This document shows, piece by piece, positions 37,951 through 46,889 of a DNA stretch of 64,000 bases (position 1 is the stretch's first letter; each line of letters begins with the position of its first letter). Made by a program: the position numbers and the translations under genes. Under the pieces are notes generated by a model. The model was not told the DNA's origin. It ran no database searches and saw nothing but the letters and a program-made list of their open reading frames with translations. Source of the DNA: Candidatus Omnitrophota bacterium (lineage in GTDB: Bacteria; Omnitrophota; Omnitrophia; Omnitrophales; Aquincolibacteriaceae); the NCBI GenBank assembly GCA_030698625.1, contig JAUYMS010000024.1, forward strand, positions 482-64,481, written 5' to 3'.

Positions 37951-38071
37951 CGGAAGCCCTCAAATATCGCTAACCAAAGTATACACAATGAATTAAGACA
38001 ATTCCAACGGGCTAGTGAAGTTGCCGTTGCATAATATATCGGATTTTACGCCAGGAACCTTTGCCCTGTTT

Positions 38072-39262
38072 TCAGAGAACTTGGCAAAGCAGGCCTTTAA
38101 GATAGGAGCCTTCCGGATGGCTTAAATCAGTAGGGTGATCCATGGGGTTAGCTGTATGCAACAGTATGCGGACCGACCGGGCGGCGTCCTTAGCTGCTCC
38201 GAAAACAATTTTCTGAAAAAGATCCGCGGAGATGAAGGACGAGCAGGAACACGTGAGGAGCATGCCTCCGGGCGCAAGGCGCTTCAGGGCAAAAAGATTG
38301 ATATCTTTGTAACCACGACTGGCGCCGTTAACGCCCGCCTTGCTCTTGCAAAAACCCGGGGGGTCGAGGACGATCACATCGAACTCCCCCTCCGCCTGGC
38401 GAAGGTACTCAAAGACATCCGCCCTAACCACCTTATGCCGGTCGCCCGCGCCCATCTCCACCCCATGGCGTTCGGCCTGCTTACACGCGAGCTCTTGGGA
38501 TTCGACACTGACAACATCTTTAGCGCCTCCGCGGAGGGCATAAACCGAGAACCCCCCCGTATACGCAAAACAATTAAGAACCCGTTTTCCCGCCGAAAGA
38601 TTTCCCACCAGACGTCGATTATCACGCTGATCCAGGAAAAACCCGGTTTTTTGCCCACGCTTTACATCCACAAAAAAGCGGTTTCCGTTCTCCGTGATCT
38701 CAATAAACTCAGGGGGCTCTTCGCCCCAAAGCACTCCGATCTGTTTGTCTAAGCCCTCGAGACTGCGAACTTCCGGATCATCTTTCTCAAAAATACCTTT
38801 TACCGGCATGAGCTCGTGAAGAATCTCCGCGATGGTTTCCTTCCACTTCTCCATTCCGGCCGTTAGGAATTGCGCCACTAGATAATCGGCATAGCGATCC
38901 ACGATGAGCCCGGGGATAAAATCGCCTTCTGATTGAATAAGACGATAGGCATTCGTTTCTGCCATGGGAATCTCGGAACGCAACTCAAGCGCCGCCTTAA
39001 TCCTACCTTTGAAAAATTCCGCATCGACTGCGGTATCTTCAAAACTAAGGATGCGCACGGCAATCTGAGAATCGGGGTTCAAATAGCCGATGCCCAGGAA
39101 CTCACCGCCGGCACCTTCCACGCGCACCAGATCTCCTTTAGCATAACCTTCTTCTATTCTATCAATGGCCCCCGAGTACACCCAAGGATGGCGCCCCAGC
39201 AGAGGTTTCTCTCTACCCTTTTTGAGAACACAACGGAGTCTATTTGCGGTAGGTAAGTTCAA
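38072..39262 (-). CDS. rlmI: RlmI-like class I SAM rRNA m5C methyltransferase
   Basis: HPWVYSG PUA domain, GQKTGFFLDQRDNR, VLNCFAYTGGF, LDPP, TCSCS, YLK. Confidence 0.85.
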   Translation of the reverse strand: MNLPTANRLRCVLKKGREKPLLGRHPWVYSGAIDRIEEGYAKGDLVRVEGAGGEFLGIGYLNPDSQIAVRILSFEDTAVDAEFFKGRIKAALELRSEIPMAETNAYRLIQSEGDFIPGLIVDRYADYLVAQFLTAGMEKWKETIAEILHELMPVKGIFEKDDPEVRSLEGLDKQIGVLWGEEPPEFIEITENGNRFFVDVKRGQKTGFFLDQRDNRRLVGNLSAGKRVLNCFAYTGGFSVYALRGGAKDVVSVESQELACKQAERHGVEMGAGDRHKVVRADVFEYLRQAEGEFDVIVLDPPGFCKSKAGVNGASRGYKDINLFALKRLAPGGMLLTCSCSSFISADLFQKIVFGAAKDAARSVRILLHTANPMDHPTDLSHPEGSYLKGLLCQVL

Positions 39263-39265
39263 GGC

Positions 39266-40102
39266 TCAGGCTCCAGCCAAAAAACTGTAGCCGATAGAAA
39301 AAAAACCGATGGCCAAACAGTAGTAACCAAAAATGTGAAATTTGCCTCGCTCGATCAACTTCAGCAGAAAAGAAATACTCACGTAACCCGACAAAAGCGC
39401 AGCCACAAAACCGGCCAGCAAGGCCGCAGGGTAATTCGAGAAAAAATCCGCGGCGTCTTTTAATTTTAAAAGCCCGGCACCCAGGATTGCCGGTATGCCC
39501 ATCAGAAAGGAGAAGCGCGCGGCCGCTGCCGGGTCAAGGCCGCTCATCATACCGACGAGAATCGTCAACCCCGAGCGCGATACACCGGGAACGATCGCAA
39601 TACCTTGTGCGATGCCAAGCGTGAGCGCATCCTGATGATTCATCTCCGCGAGCGCCCGATTTCCCTTCGCGTAGCGCGCGGAGAACGCGAAGAGCGAGCC
39701 TGTTACGATCCATGCGATCCCGACAACGATCATCCGATGGAAAAAACTTTCCATGGAATCAGCGAATGCCAAACCGATACAAGCCGTCGGTACGGACGCA
39801 AGCAGGACAAGGGCCGTCGTCAGCGCATACGGATAATCCCCGAATACGTCTCCCTGTTTCTTCCCGGACACCGTAGCGCCGATTGCGGCAAAACTTTGCA
39901 CAACCATCTGAACCAAATCCTTCCAAAAGTAGATAAACACTGCGAAAAGGGTACCCCAATGCATCACGATATCAAAAGCAAGCATCGGCTCTTCGAGTCC
40001 GAGGATTGTCTGAAAAAAAACGAGATGCCCCGAACTGGAGACAGGCAAAAACTCAGTGAGTCCCTGAACGATCCCAAGGATAATAGCTTCTAGTACGCTC
40101 AT
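39266..40102 (-). CDS. uppP: Undecaprenyl-diphosphatase
   Basis: GIVQGLTEFLPVSSSGH, PGVSRSG, AARFSF. Confidence 0.95.
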   Translation of the reverse strand: MSVLEAIILGIVQGLTEFLPVSSSGHLVFFQTILGLEEPMLAFDIVMHWGTLFAVFIYFWKDLVQMVVQSFAAIGATVSGKKQGDVFGDYPYALTTALVLLASVPTACIGLAFADSMESFFHRMIVVGIAWIVTGSLFAFSARYAKGNRALAEMNHQDALTLGIAQGIAIVPGVSRSGLTILVGMMSGLDPAAAARFSFLMGIPAILGAGLLKLKDAADFFSNYPAALLAGFVAALLSGYVSISFLLKLIERGKFHIFGYYCLAIGFFSIGYSFLAGA

Positions 40103-40107
40103 GGCCT

Positions 40108-41169
40108 TTACAGATATCTTTTCTTATGGTTCTTCTTGAGATGCTCGGTAACCGAACGAATATTCTCCGTCTTTTCTTTAGAGCAGATGAGGAGCGCATC
40201 AGGCGTATCTACGATGACATGGTTTTTCACGCCGACCAGCGCCACGAGCTTACCGCAGGCCTTCACAATGTTGCCCGAACTCTCGATGCAGACCGAATCA
40301 GCGAGAAGGACATTGCCGTTTCTGTCTTCGGGGTATAAATCGGCAAGGGCCTGCCAGCCGCCGATATCATTCCATCCCATCGAGACAGGAATGGTGAGAA
40401 TCTTGCCCTTAAGTTTTTCCATGAGTCCGTAATCAATCGAGATATTGGGCATTTTGGCATACAGCTTCCCCAGTTGCCTCATCCCGCCGCGCGCCATAAG
40501 CCGATTTAATACGCGGGACACAGCCGGGAGGTAGCGCTCTGTCGCGGACAGGAGATTTTCAGCACGCCAAACAAACATTCCGCTGTTCCAGAAAAAACGT
40601 CGTTTCCTTAAGAATTGCTTCGCTCGCGCGCGAGTCGGCTTTTCGTGAAAGCGCTTGAGGCAGTACACGGTAAAACCTCCCTGGCGCGTTACCTTCGCCC
40701 CCTTTTCCAGATACCCGTACCCCGTAAAAGCATAGGTCGGCTGAATACCAAATGTTACCGGAAATCCCTCAGTCTCCGCGACACGCGCAGCCGATTTGAG
40801 CGCTCGTCGAAAAACGTTTCCGTTATCAATGCGGTGATCGGCGGGCATCAGGGCAATGACGGCATTGGCATCGTTCTTGAGCGCAATCGCCGCACCCCAT
40901 GCAGCACACGGTGCCGTATTGCGGCCCACGGGCTCACCCAGAATCTGAGAGCGGCGGATACCGGTCGACCTAGCCACCAGCGACACTTTGTCAGCCTGGG
41001 TCACGACGATCATACGCGACTTCGGAATGATGGCCGTCAGCCGGTCGACGGTCTCTTCGATAAGAGTTTTTTTGCCAAAAAGGTTGAGAAATTGTTTAGG
41101 GAGTTTGTGACGGCTTTCAGGCCAAAAGCGCGTGCCGCGTCCGCCGGCCATAATGACAGCCCACAACAT
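40108..41169 (-). CDS. manC: Mannose-1-phosphate guanylyltransferase
   Basis: AGGRGTRFWP.SR..LPKQF, EPVGRNTAP, WNSGMF, SIDY..ME. Confidence 0.92.
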   Translation of the reverse strand: MLWAVIMAGGRGTRFWPESRHKLPKQFLNLFGKKTLIEETVDRLTAIIPKSRMIVVTQADKVSLVARSTGIRRSQILGEPVGRNTAPCAAWGAAIALKNDANAVIALMPADHRIDNGNVFRRALKSAARVAETEGFPVTFGIQPTYAFTGYGYLEKGAKVTRQGGFTVYCLKRFHEKPTRARAKQFLRKRRFFWNSGMFVWRAENLLSATERYLPAVSRVLNRLMARGGMRQLGKLYAKMPNISIDYGLMEKLKGKILTIPVSMGWNDIGGWQALADLYPEDRNGNVLLADSVCIESSGNIVKACGKLVALVGVKNHVIVDTPDALLICSKEKTENIRSVTEHLKKNHKKRYL

Positions 41170-42530
41170 TAGGACACACCGCTTAGTGCTTTAACTTTAT
41201 CTTCGACGATCGCGCGAATTTCGTTTAAGCGCTGCTCATCTTGCGCCTCGAAACGCATTACTAACACAGGCTGCGTGTTCGATGCTCGAAGCAAACCCCA
41301 TCCCCCGTCAAAGAGAATCCGTGCGCCATCAATGTCAATGACCTCGTATCCTTTCTTAAAATCCGCCACGGCTTGCTTAACGAGGTCGAACTTTTGCTCA
41401 TCGGGACAATCCACGCGAATCTCCGGTGTCGAGACCGTTTTCGGCAGATCGATCAAGAGCTCCGAGAGCGGGCGGGTTTCATCGTCGATAATTTCCAGCA
41501 TGCGGCAGGCCGCAAAAATAGCATCATCAAAACCAAACCACCCGTCCGCAAAAAACATATGTCCGCTCATCTCACCGGCCAAATCCGCTTTGACCTCCTT
41601 CATCTTAGCTTTGATGAGCGAATGCCCCGTCTTCCACATGATGGCATTCCCGCCGCGACGATTGATGTCATCATAAATCATTTGGGAGCACTTCACATCG
41701 CCGATAATGGTCGCCTTCGGTTTACGTTTCAATATAGCACGTGCATACAACAACAAGATCTTGTCGCCGTAAATCACTTGTCCCTTTTCGTCAACCACAC
41801 CGATGCGGTCGGCGTCACCGTCGAACCCCACGCCGAGGTCCGCCGACGTCTCGAGTACCTTCTCCTGCAAGTCTCGCAGATTGTCCGGCACGGACGGGTC
41901 TGGATGGTGATCCGGGAAACTCGGATCCAGATTTGAATAGAGCTCAATCACTTCGTGCCCGAGGAGACGAATCATTTCAGGTGCGACAATACCACCCATT
42001 CCGTGGCCTGAATCGACGACAACCTTCAGTTTCTTCTTGAAGTTAAACAGCTTCCGGACAGTCTCCAGATAGGCCGGGATAATATCGCTTTGCTCAACCT
42101 TACCACGCGACCCGTCGGCATAATCTTGCCCTTCAATGCGGCGCTTCAAGCCCTGAATTTCGGTTCCAAAAAACGGTCTGTCCGCCGGATGGAATTTGAA
42201 ACCGTTATATTCGCCCGGATTATGGGAGCCCGTAATCGAAATCCCCGCATCCAGCTTTAAATGACTCACCGAGAAGTAGAGAAGCGGGGTCGGTATGAGG
42301 CCGAGATCTAAAACATCAAGGCCACATGAGGTTAATCCTTCGAGCAACGCCTTGTGAATACGGTCAGAACTCAGGCGCATATCGCGCCCTACCGAAATTC
42401 GTTTCTTACCTTCGGAGATCAGGACCGTGGCAAAGGCCTTTCCGATAGCGAGACTAACTTCATCGGTCAGCTCGCTGTCGGCCAAACCCCGGATGTCGTA
42501 TTCACGGAAAATACTGGCGGGGAGTTTCAT
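41169..42530 (-). CDS. Phosphomannomutase/phosphoglucomutase (AlgC-like)
   Basis: FREYDIRG, TGSHNP, DGDADR, GEMSGH, RASNT. Confidence 0.94.
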   Translation of the reverse strand: MKLPASIFREYDIRGLADSELTDEVSLAIGKAFATVLISEGKKRISVGRDMRLSSDRIHKALLEGLTSCGLDVLDLGLIPTPLLYFSVSHLKLDAGISITGSHNPGEYNGFKFHPADRPFFGTEIQGLKRRIEGQDYADGSRGKVEQSDIIPAYLETVRKLFNFKKKLKVVVDSGHGMGGIVAPEMIRLLGHEVIELYSNLDPSFPDHHPDPSVPDNLRDLQEKVLETSADLGVGFDGDADRIGVVDEKGQVIYGDKILLLYARAILKRKPKATIIGDVKCSQMIYDDINRRGGNAIMWKTGHSLIKAKMKEVKADLAGEMSGHMFFADGWFGFDDAIFAACRMLEIIDDETRPLSELLIDLPKTVSTPEIRVDCPDEQKFDLVKQAVADFKKGYEVIDIDGARILFDGGWGLLRASNTQPVLVMRFEAQDEQRLNEIRAIVEDKVKALSGVS

Positions 42531-42566
42531 CTAGAATGGGAATATTGTGATAATAAGAATGAGTTC

Positions 42567-42648
42567 TGCGAGCGAGAGGATTTGAACCTCCATGGCTTGC
42601 GCCGCCAGCCCCTCAAGCTGGTGTGTCTGCCAATTCCACCACGCTCGC
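42567..42648 (-). tRNA. tRNA-Leu(GAG), no encoded CCA
   Basis: GCGAGCG acceptor stem, D-loop GGAATTGGCAGAC, anticodon arm CCAGC-TTGAGGG-GCTGG, long variable arm, GGTTCAAATCC. Confidence 0.95.
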
Positions 42649-42666
42649 GTATGAGTTTCACGAACC

Positions 42667-43014
42667 TTAAGATCCCCGCTTCGCCGAACGCTCTTTGCGT
42701 TCCGCCTCGAGGGTTGCTTCGACCTGTGCCAATTCGGCGTCCAGCTTCTTTGTCCGTTCCACGAGGTCATTGACCTCTGGGTCCTCTAAAAACTGCGCGT
42801 TGCCCTCGCGCGTGCTCTTTTCGTAAATGCGGTTACCTAGCTGAGCGAATCGCTTAGCAACACGATGTTCCAATGTCGCCTTTTCAATCAGGAGTCCCGT
42901 CACGTGGGCAGCTTCGCCCGCTTTTTCCGAAACTACCTTGACCGAGTGCTTCGCGGCCTCAAAGGCCTGATTCAGGATTTTCTCCGTATTTTCGTACAAT
43001 CTCTTCTTATCCAT
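42667..43014 (-). CDS. Hypothetical helical protein (115 aa) between two tRNA genes
   Basis: ORF with SD GGGAG; amphipathic/coiled-coil character. Confidence 0.8.
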   Translation of the reverse strand: MDKKRLYENTEKILNQAFEAAKHSVKVVSEKAGEAAHVTGLLIEKATLEHRVAKRFAQLGNRIYEKSTREGNAQFLEDPEVNDLVERTKKLDAELAQVEATLEAERKERSAKRGS

Positions 43015-43053
43015 ATTTGCTGACTCCCGTCAGAAAATTCATATTCATGATTT

Positions 43054-43124
43054 CTGGGGGACCTGGATTCGAACCAAGACAAAGTGAACCAGAATCACTT
43101 GTGCTACCGTTACACTATCCCCCA
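43054..43124 (-). tRNA. tRNA-Gln(CTG), no encoded CCA
   Basis: TGGGGGA/TCCCCCA acceptor stem (U1-A72), anticodon arm AGTGA-TTCTGGT-TCACT, GGTTCGAATCC. Confidence 0.95.
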
Positions 43125-43158
43125 ACGACTGGATCACAGCTCCAGAATCGAAGGGTGT

Positions 43159-43187
43159 ATTATAGTAGCTCTCTTGAAGGCGTGCAA
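43159..43187 (-). promoter_or_regulatory. sigma70 promoter for tRNA-Gln (TTGCAC-17bp-TATAAT)
   Basis: -35 at 43182-43187 and -10 at 43159-43164 on the minus strand. Confidence 0.75.
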
Positions 43188-43194
43188 GGCTGAC

Positions 43195-43806
43195 CTAACG
43201 GGTTTCTTTGATCTTGCTAGCCTCTAAACCTAGAAGGGTTCTTACCTTATGCATGAGGGTTTCGCTGTGGAAATTCTTGACGAGGTAGTCAGAAACGCCG
43301 GCAGCTGTAACCGCATCCCGGCCTTCAGGAGTCGAAAGCGAGGTTAGCGCCAGGACCGGGATATCTTCGGTCTTGGAATTCAGGCGAATCTGCTTACACA
43401 TTTCAAAACCGCTGATGCCGGGCATCAGCATGTCGAGCACGATGAGGTCGGGATGCCAGCTAGGAATGCATAGGCCGCCGTGCCGCCCATCATGAGTCGT
43501 CCGGATCTCAAAGCGCGGATCTTCCCTCAGCAAACTGCCGAGAATATCCAGCATGTCCTCTTCGTCATCGATAATGAGAACGCGGTATTTCTCCTGCGCG
43601 CTTCGCCAATGGCCCGGATGACCGATCCCCTGCCGATCCATGAATCTGATGACGTCCTCATGATAGATCCTATAATGCCCTCCGGTTATCTGAAAGGCAC
43701 TGAGACTGCCATCAAGTATCCAACTGTGGATGACGGACTGCTCCTCGCCAAAAATAAGGCACAAATCGTAAGACGAATATACTTCTTTTCTGCCGATATC
43801 TGGCAA
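43195..43806 (-). CDS. Response regulator with N-terminal excisionase-like HTH and C-terminal receiver domain
   Basis: W...G.L.A.....GGHYRI, then VLIIDDE, LDMLMPG, YLVK. TTG start uncertain. Confidence 0.85.
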   Translation of the reverse strand: MPDIGRKEVYSSYDLCLIFGEEQSVIHSWILDGSLSAFQITGGHYRIYHEDVIRFMDRQGIGHPGHWRSAQEKYRVLIIDDEEDMLDILGSLLREDPRFEIRTTHDGRHGGLCIPSWHPDLIVLDMLMPGISGFEMCKQIRLNSKTEDIPVLALTSLSTPEGRDAVTAAGVSDYLVKNFHSETLMHKVRTLLGLEASKIKETR

Positions 43807-43968
43807 CGGTCAATCCTCCCGAAACGGTCAATCCCTACATAAATAGAGAATAACTGCGATTTTATGGGGAAGCAAAGTCATGAGGAATCTTTTCAGTCCA
43901 AAAGACTTAATATTTGCCTGTGGAAAGGGGTTTTATCAGCTTAAAACCCTTCTAATAAACGAGTTAGG

Positions 43969-44310
43969 TTAACCGGGAGGCCAACCCATGGGACGCCCTG
44001 TCAAGAGGTGCATATGAATGTGAAACACGGTTTGGCCCGCTGCCGCGCCATTATTGAAGACGAGCCGAAAGTCCTCCCACCCGTTCTTCTGCGCAAGGTC
44101 CTTGGCACGAATAAGAAGGGTCCCCATAAGCCCGGCATCCCCGTCCTGAAGCGCATCAATGCGGTCGATATGGCGCTTGGGTATGAGTAGGATGTGAACA
44201 GCCGCCTGCGGATTAATGTCATGAATAACAATTAGGTCGTCATCTTCATACTCAACCTTAGCCGGAATTTCTTTGTTGCTGATCTTGCAGAAAAGACAGT
44301 CTGACATCAT
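43969..44310 (-). CDS. hinT: Histidine triad nucleotide-binding protein
   Basis: DCLFCKI, AGQTVFHIHMH, GWPPG. Confidence 0.93.
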   Translation of the reverse strand: MMSDCLFCKISNKEIPAKVEYEDDDLIVIHDINPQAAVHILLIPKRHIDRIDALQDGDAGLMGTLLIRAKDLAQKNGWEDFRLVFNNGAAAGQTVFHIHMHLLTGRPMGWPPG

Positions 44311-44321
44311 CGCCTCCGTAT

Positions 44322-45632
44322 TTAGGAACAGGTTCGTTTCTCAAAAACGGCCAGCATGTTCCGAACCCGCTGCAGGCACACATCTTTACCGAGAACGCTC
44401 ATTAATTCAAACAGGCCGGGGCTTGCCGTTGATGCCGTCAGAGCATACCGAAGGGGATGAATCAACAACTTAGCCGCGAGACCTTGTTCATCGGCGACAG
44501 ACCGTGTGCATAGTTCAATCTGGGCATGATCTTCAAAATCCTTCAAACCATTCGCCCGTTCAAGCCACTGAGCCAAATATCCGGGCATCCCCTTCTCGCT
44601 CAAAAATCCGGCGACCTGGCCCGAATCATACTCTTCAACGTCGGAAAAGATATAGCTCGCCTCTTGCCGCAAATCAGAAAATTTTCGGATCCTGGGCCGG
44701 TAGAGAAGCACCAGCCGCCGCCACACATCGTGACTAAACCGCTTGGCTTCGACCTCATAAAACGGCGTAAGAGCCTTTACATAGTCGTCGTCAGAGAGTT
44801 TCTTGATATGTTGGGCATTCAGCCAGGCCAGTTTCTCCCAGTTGAATTTTGCAGAAGACTTGTTGATGCGTTTTATAGAGAACTTTCGAATCGCATCCGA
44901 GAGTTGATAAAATTCCTGATTCCCCTCTTCCCCCCACCCCAGAAGCATCAGGTAATTGAGCAGGCCTTCGGGCAGAAAACCTTCGCGCTTAAAACTCGAT
45001 GCGGCTACCGCACCGTGCCGTTTTGAAAGCGGCGAACCGTCCTCGCCCAGAATCAGCGGCAGATGAGCATATTGGGGCGGTTTCCAACCAAGGGCTTCGC
45101 ACAAAAGAATCTGGCGGGGTGTATTCGAAAGGTGGTCATCGCCGCGGATGATATGTGAAATCTGCATGTCGTGGTCATCCACCACACAGGCCAGGTGATA
45201 GGTGGGATAACCATCCGACTTAAGAATAACGAGATCGTCGAACAGCGCCGCATCGAAAGAGGTTTTGCCGTGAACAAGGTCATCAAATACCGCCTGCTTC
45301 GGCGGGATTTTAAATTTAACTGCGGTTCCTGCTTCGCCCTTTTCTTCCGAAGCAAGCCCTTTGCTAACAAGTTCGCCGGCCACTTCCTGGTAGCGAGAAA
45401 TTCGCCGACTCTGATAAACGATCTCCTCATCCCAGCTCAATCCTGCCCACTGTATGGAATCCAGAATTTCTTTTTCAAACTCGGGCTTGGAGCGTTGCCG
45501 ATCGGTATCTTCAATCCGAAGGAGGAATTGCCCTTTTTGACTGCGCGCGTAGAGATAATTAAAAAGTGCGGTACGGAGCCCTCCGATATGGAGATAACCC
45601 GTAGGTGACGGCGCGAAGCGAACGCGGGACAT
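44322..45632 (-). CDS. gltX: Glutamyl-tRNA synthetase (compact)
   Basis: RFAPSPTGYLHIGG, LRIEDTD, RGDDH, LSKR, SPGLFE. Confidence 0.93.
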   Translation of the reverse strand: MSRVRFAPSPTGYLHIGGLRTALFNYLYARSQKGQFLLRIEDTDRQRSKPEFEKEILDSIQWAGLSWDEEIVYQSRRISRYQEVAGELVSKGLASEEKGEAGTAVKFKIPPKQAVFDDLVHGKTSFDAALFDDLVILKSDGYPTYHLACVVDDHDMQISHIIRGDDHLSNTPRQILLCEALGWKPPQYAHLPLILGEDGSPLSKRHGAVAASSFKREGFLPEGLLNYLMLLGWGEEGNQEFYQLSDAIRKFSIKRINKSSAKFNWEKLAWLNAQHIKKLSDDDYVKALTPFYEVEAKRFSHDVWRRLVLLYRPRIRKFSDLRQEASYIFSDVEEYDSGQVAGFLSEKGMPGYLAQWLERANGLKDFEDHAQIELCTRSVADEQGLAAKLLIHPLRYALTASTASPGLFELMSVLGKDVCLQRVRNMLAVFEKRTCS

Positions 45633-45637
45633 ACTTC

Positions 45638-46003
45638 TTATTTGGACTTTCCCGACGTAACCGTATTGATTAAGCCCTTCACCTGGTGGAGATCAATGGG
45701 CTTTCTCAAACAAGCAACGGCGCCGAGCAGTAGGACTTCCTTCTCCTTGTGACGAGGCATATATCCCGACATGAAAGCAATCGGGACTTCACTTTTCTTG
45801 CGGACTGCCTCAAAAACTTCACGGCCCTCCATCCGAGGCATAAGGACATCAAGGAAAATTAAATCATACGCCTTATTGTCGACCATCTTGAGGGCCTCAA
45901 TCCCGTCCAGGGCAATGTCCACCTCGTGGTCTTCCTCCCGCAAAACATCCTGAAAAGCCTCGCAAATCATTTTTTCATCGTCAACGATCAGAATCTTGGC
46001 CAT
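45638..46003 (-). CDS. Single-domain response regulator (CheY-like)
   Basis: ILIVDDE, LDVLMP, MSGY, KP. Confidence 0.9.
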   Translation of the reverse strand: MAKILIVDDEKMICEAFQDVLREEDHEVDIALDGIEALKMVDNKAYDLIFLDVLMPRMEGREVFEAVRKKSEVPIAFMSGYMPRHKEKEVLLLGAVACLRKPIDLHQVKGLINTVTSGKSK

Positions 46004-46018
46004 ACCACACCCTCCGTG

Positions 46019-46876
46019 CTACTCCGGGAATTTGAAGTTCTCACGTAGTGTCGCAAGATAACTTCGCTTTGAACTTTTCACAAGTTGAAGCCGTGTCGCC
46101 GCGCGAGTGACTTCAACACTCAAACTATCGTCGATTTCGATCTTTTCTTGACCGTCGACCGTCAAGATTGCTTTTCCTGCGTCACGCGGCATAATCGTAC
46201 GCACACTCACCTGCTGCTCACTTGAGACAACCATAGACCGCAACGCCGAGGCGTGGGGACATATCGGGGTAATAATAAAAGCCTCGAGCCACGGATGCAA
46301 GATCGCTCCGCCCGCCGATAGAGAATAGGCGGTCGACCCTGTAGGGGTCGCAACGATCACGCCGTCGCCGGAAAACCGTGTCAGCTTCTCTCCGCCCACG
46401 TAAATCTCAAGCTGCAATAGACGCGTCAGGCCCTCGCGGCTTACGACAATGTCGTTAAGCGCAATATACTCTCTGGAGCTTTCCTGATTTTTTTCTTTTA
46501 CGGTACAGGATAGAAGGAGCCTCTCTTCTATCTGCGACTTTCCACTCAGTACATTTTCGAGCTCGTCGAAGCACTCGACCTCCTTAACCTCTGTCAAAAA
46601 ACCAAGACTACCCAGATTCACGCCGAGCACTGGAACGTTTTTATCCTTCATGCGGCCGGCAAGCGACAGCAAGGTCCCGTCACCACCCAAACAAATCACT
46701 AATGAAGTGCCTTTGAGAACGGCGTTGAGCTCATCCTGAGTGGTGTCGGATACCTCGATGTCGCGCGCCTGAAGCCAGTCGCGCAACTTCGGTAAAAACT
46801 TGGCAGCGCCGACTTTTCTCTGGTTGACGACAACTCCAATTTTTTTAATCTTGGGTATCATGGTCAGTAATGACAA
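46019..46876 (-). CDS. nadK: NAD kinase
   Basis: GGDGT, GSLGFL, ALND, ATPTGSTAYSLSAGG. True start may be the ATG at 46861. Confidence 0.93.
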   Translation of the reverse strand: MSLLTMIPKIKKIGVVVNQRKVGAAKFLPKLRDWLQARDIEVSDTTQDELNAVLKGTSLVICLGGDGTLLSLAGRMKDKNVPVLGVNLGSLGFLTEVKEVECFDELENVLSGKSQIEERLLLSCTVKEKNQESSREYIALNDIVVSREGLTRLLQLEIYVGGEKLTRFSGDGVIVATPTGSTAYSLSAGGAILHPWLEAFIITPICPHASALRSMVVSSEQQVSVRTIMPRDAGKAILTVDGQEKIEIDDSLSVEVTRAATRLQLVKSSKRSYLATLRENFKFPE

Positions 46877-46889
46877 GGAATATGCCGGC

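Noticed and set aside
42531-42770. 79-aa minus ORF upstream of PMM/PGM
   Set aside because: Overlaps tRNA-Leu and the 115-aa gene; spurious.
42567-43124. tRNA genes as integration sites for an island
   Set aside because: No duplicated tRNA 3' end or integrase was seen; the flanking genes are housekeeping or short hypotheticals.
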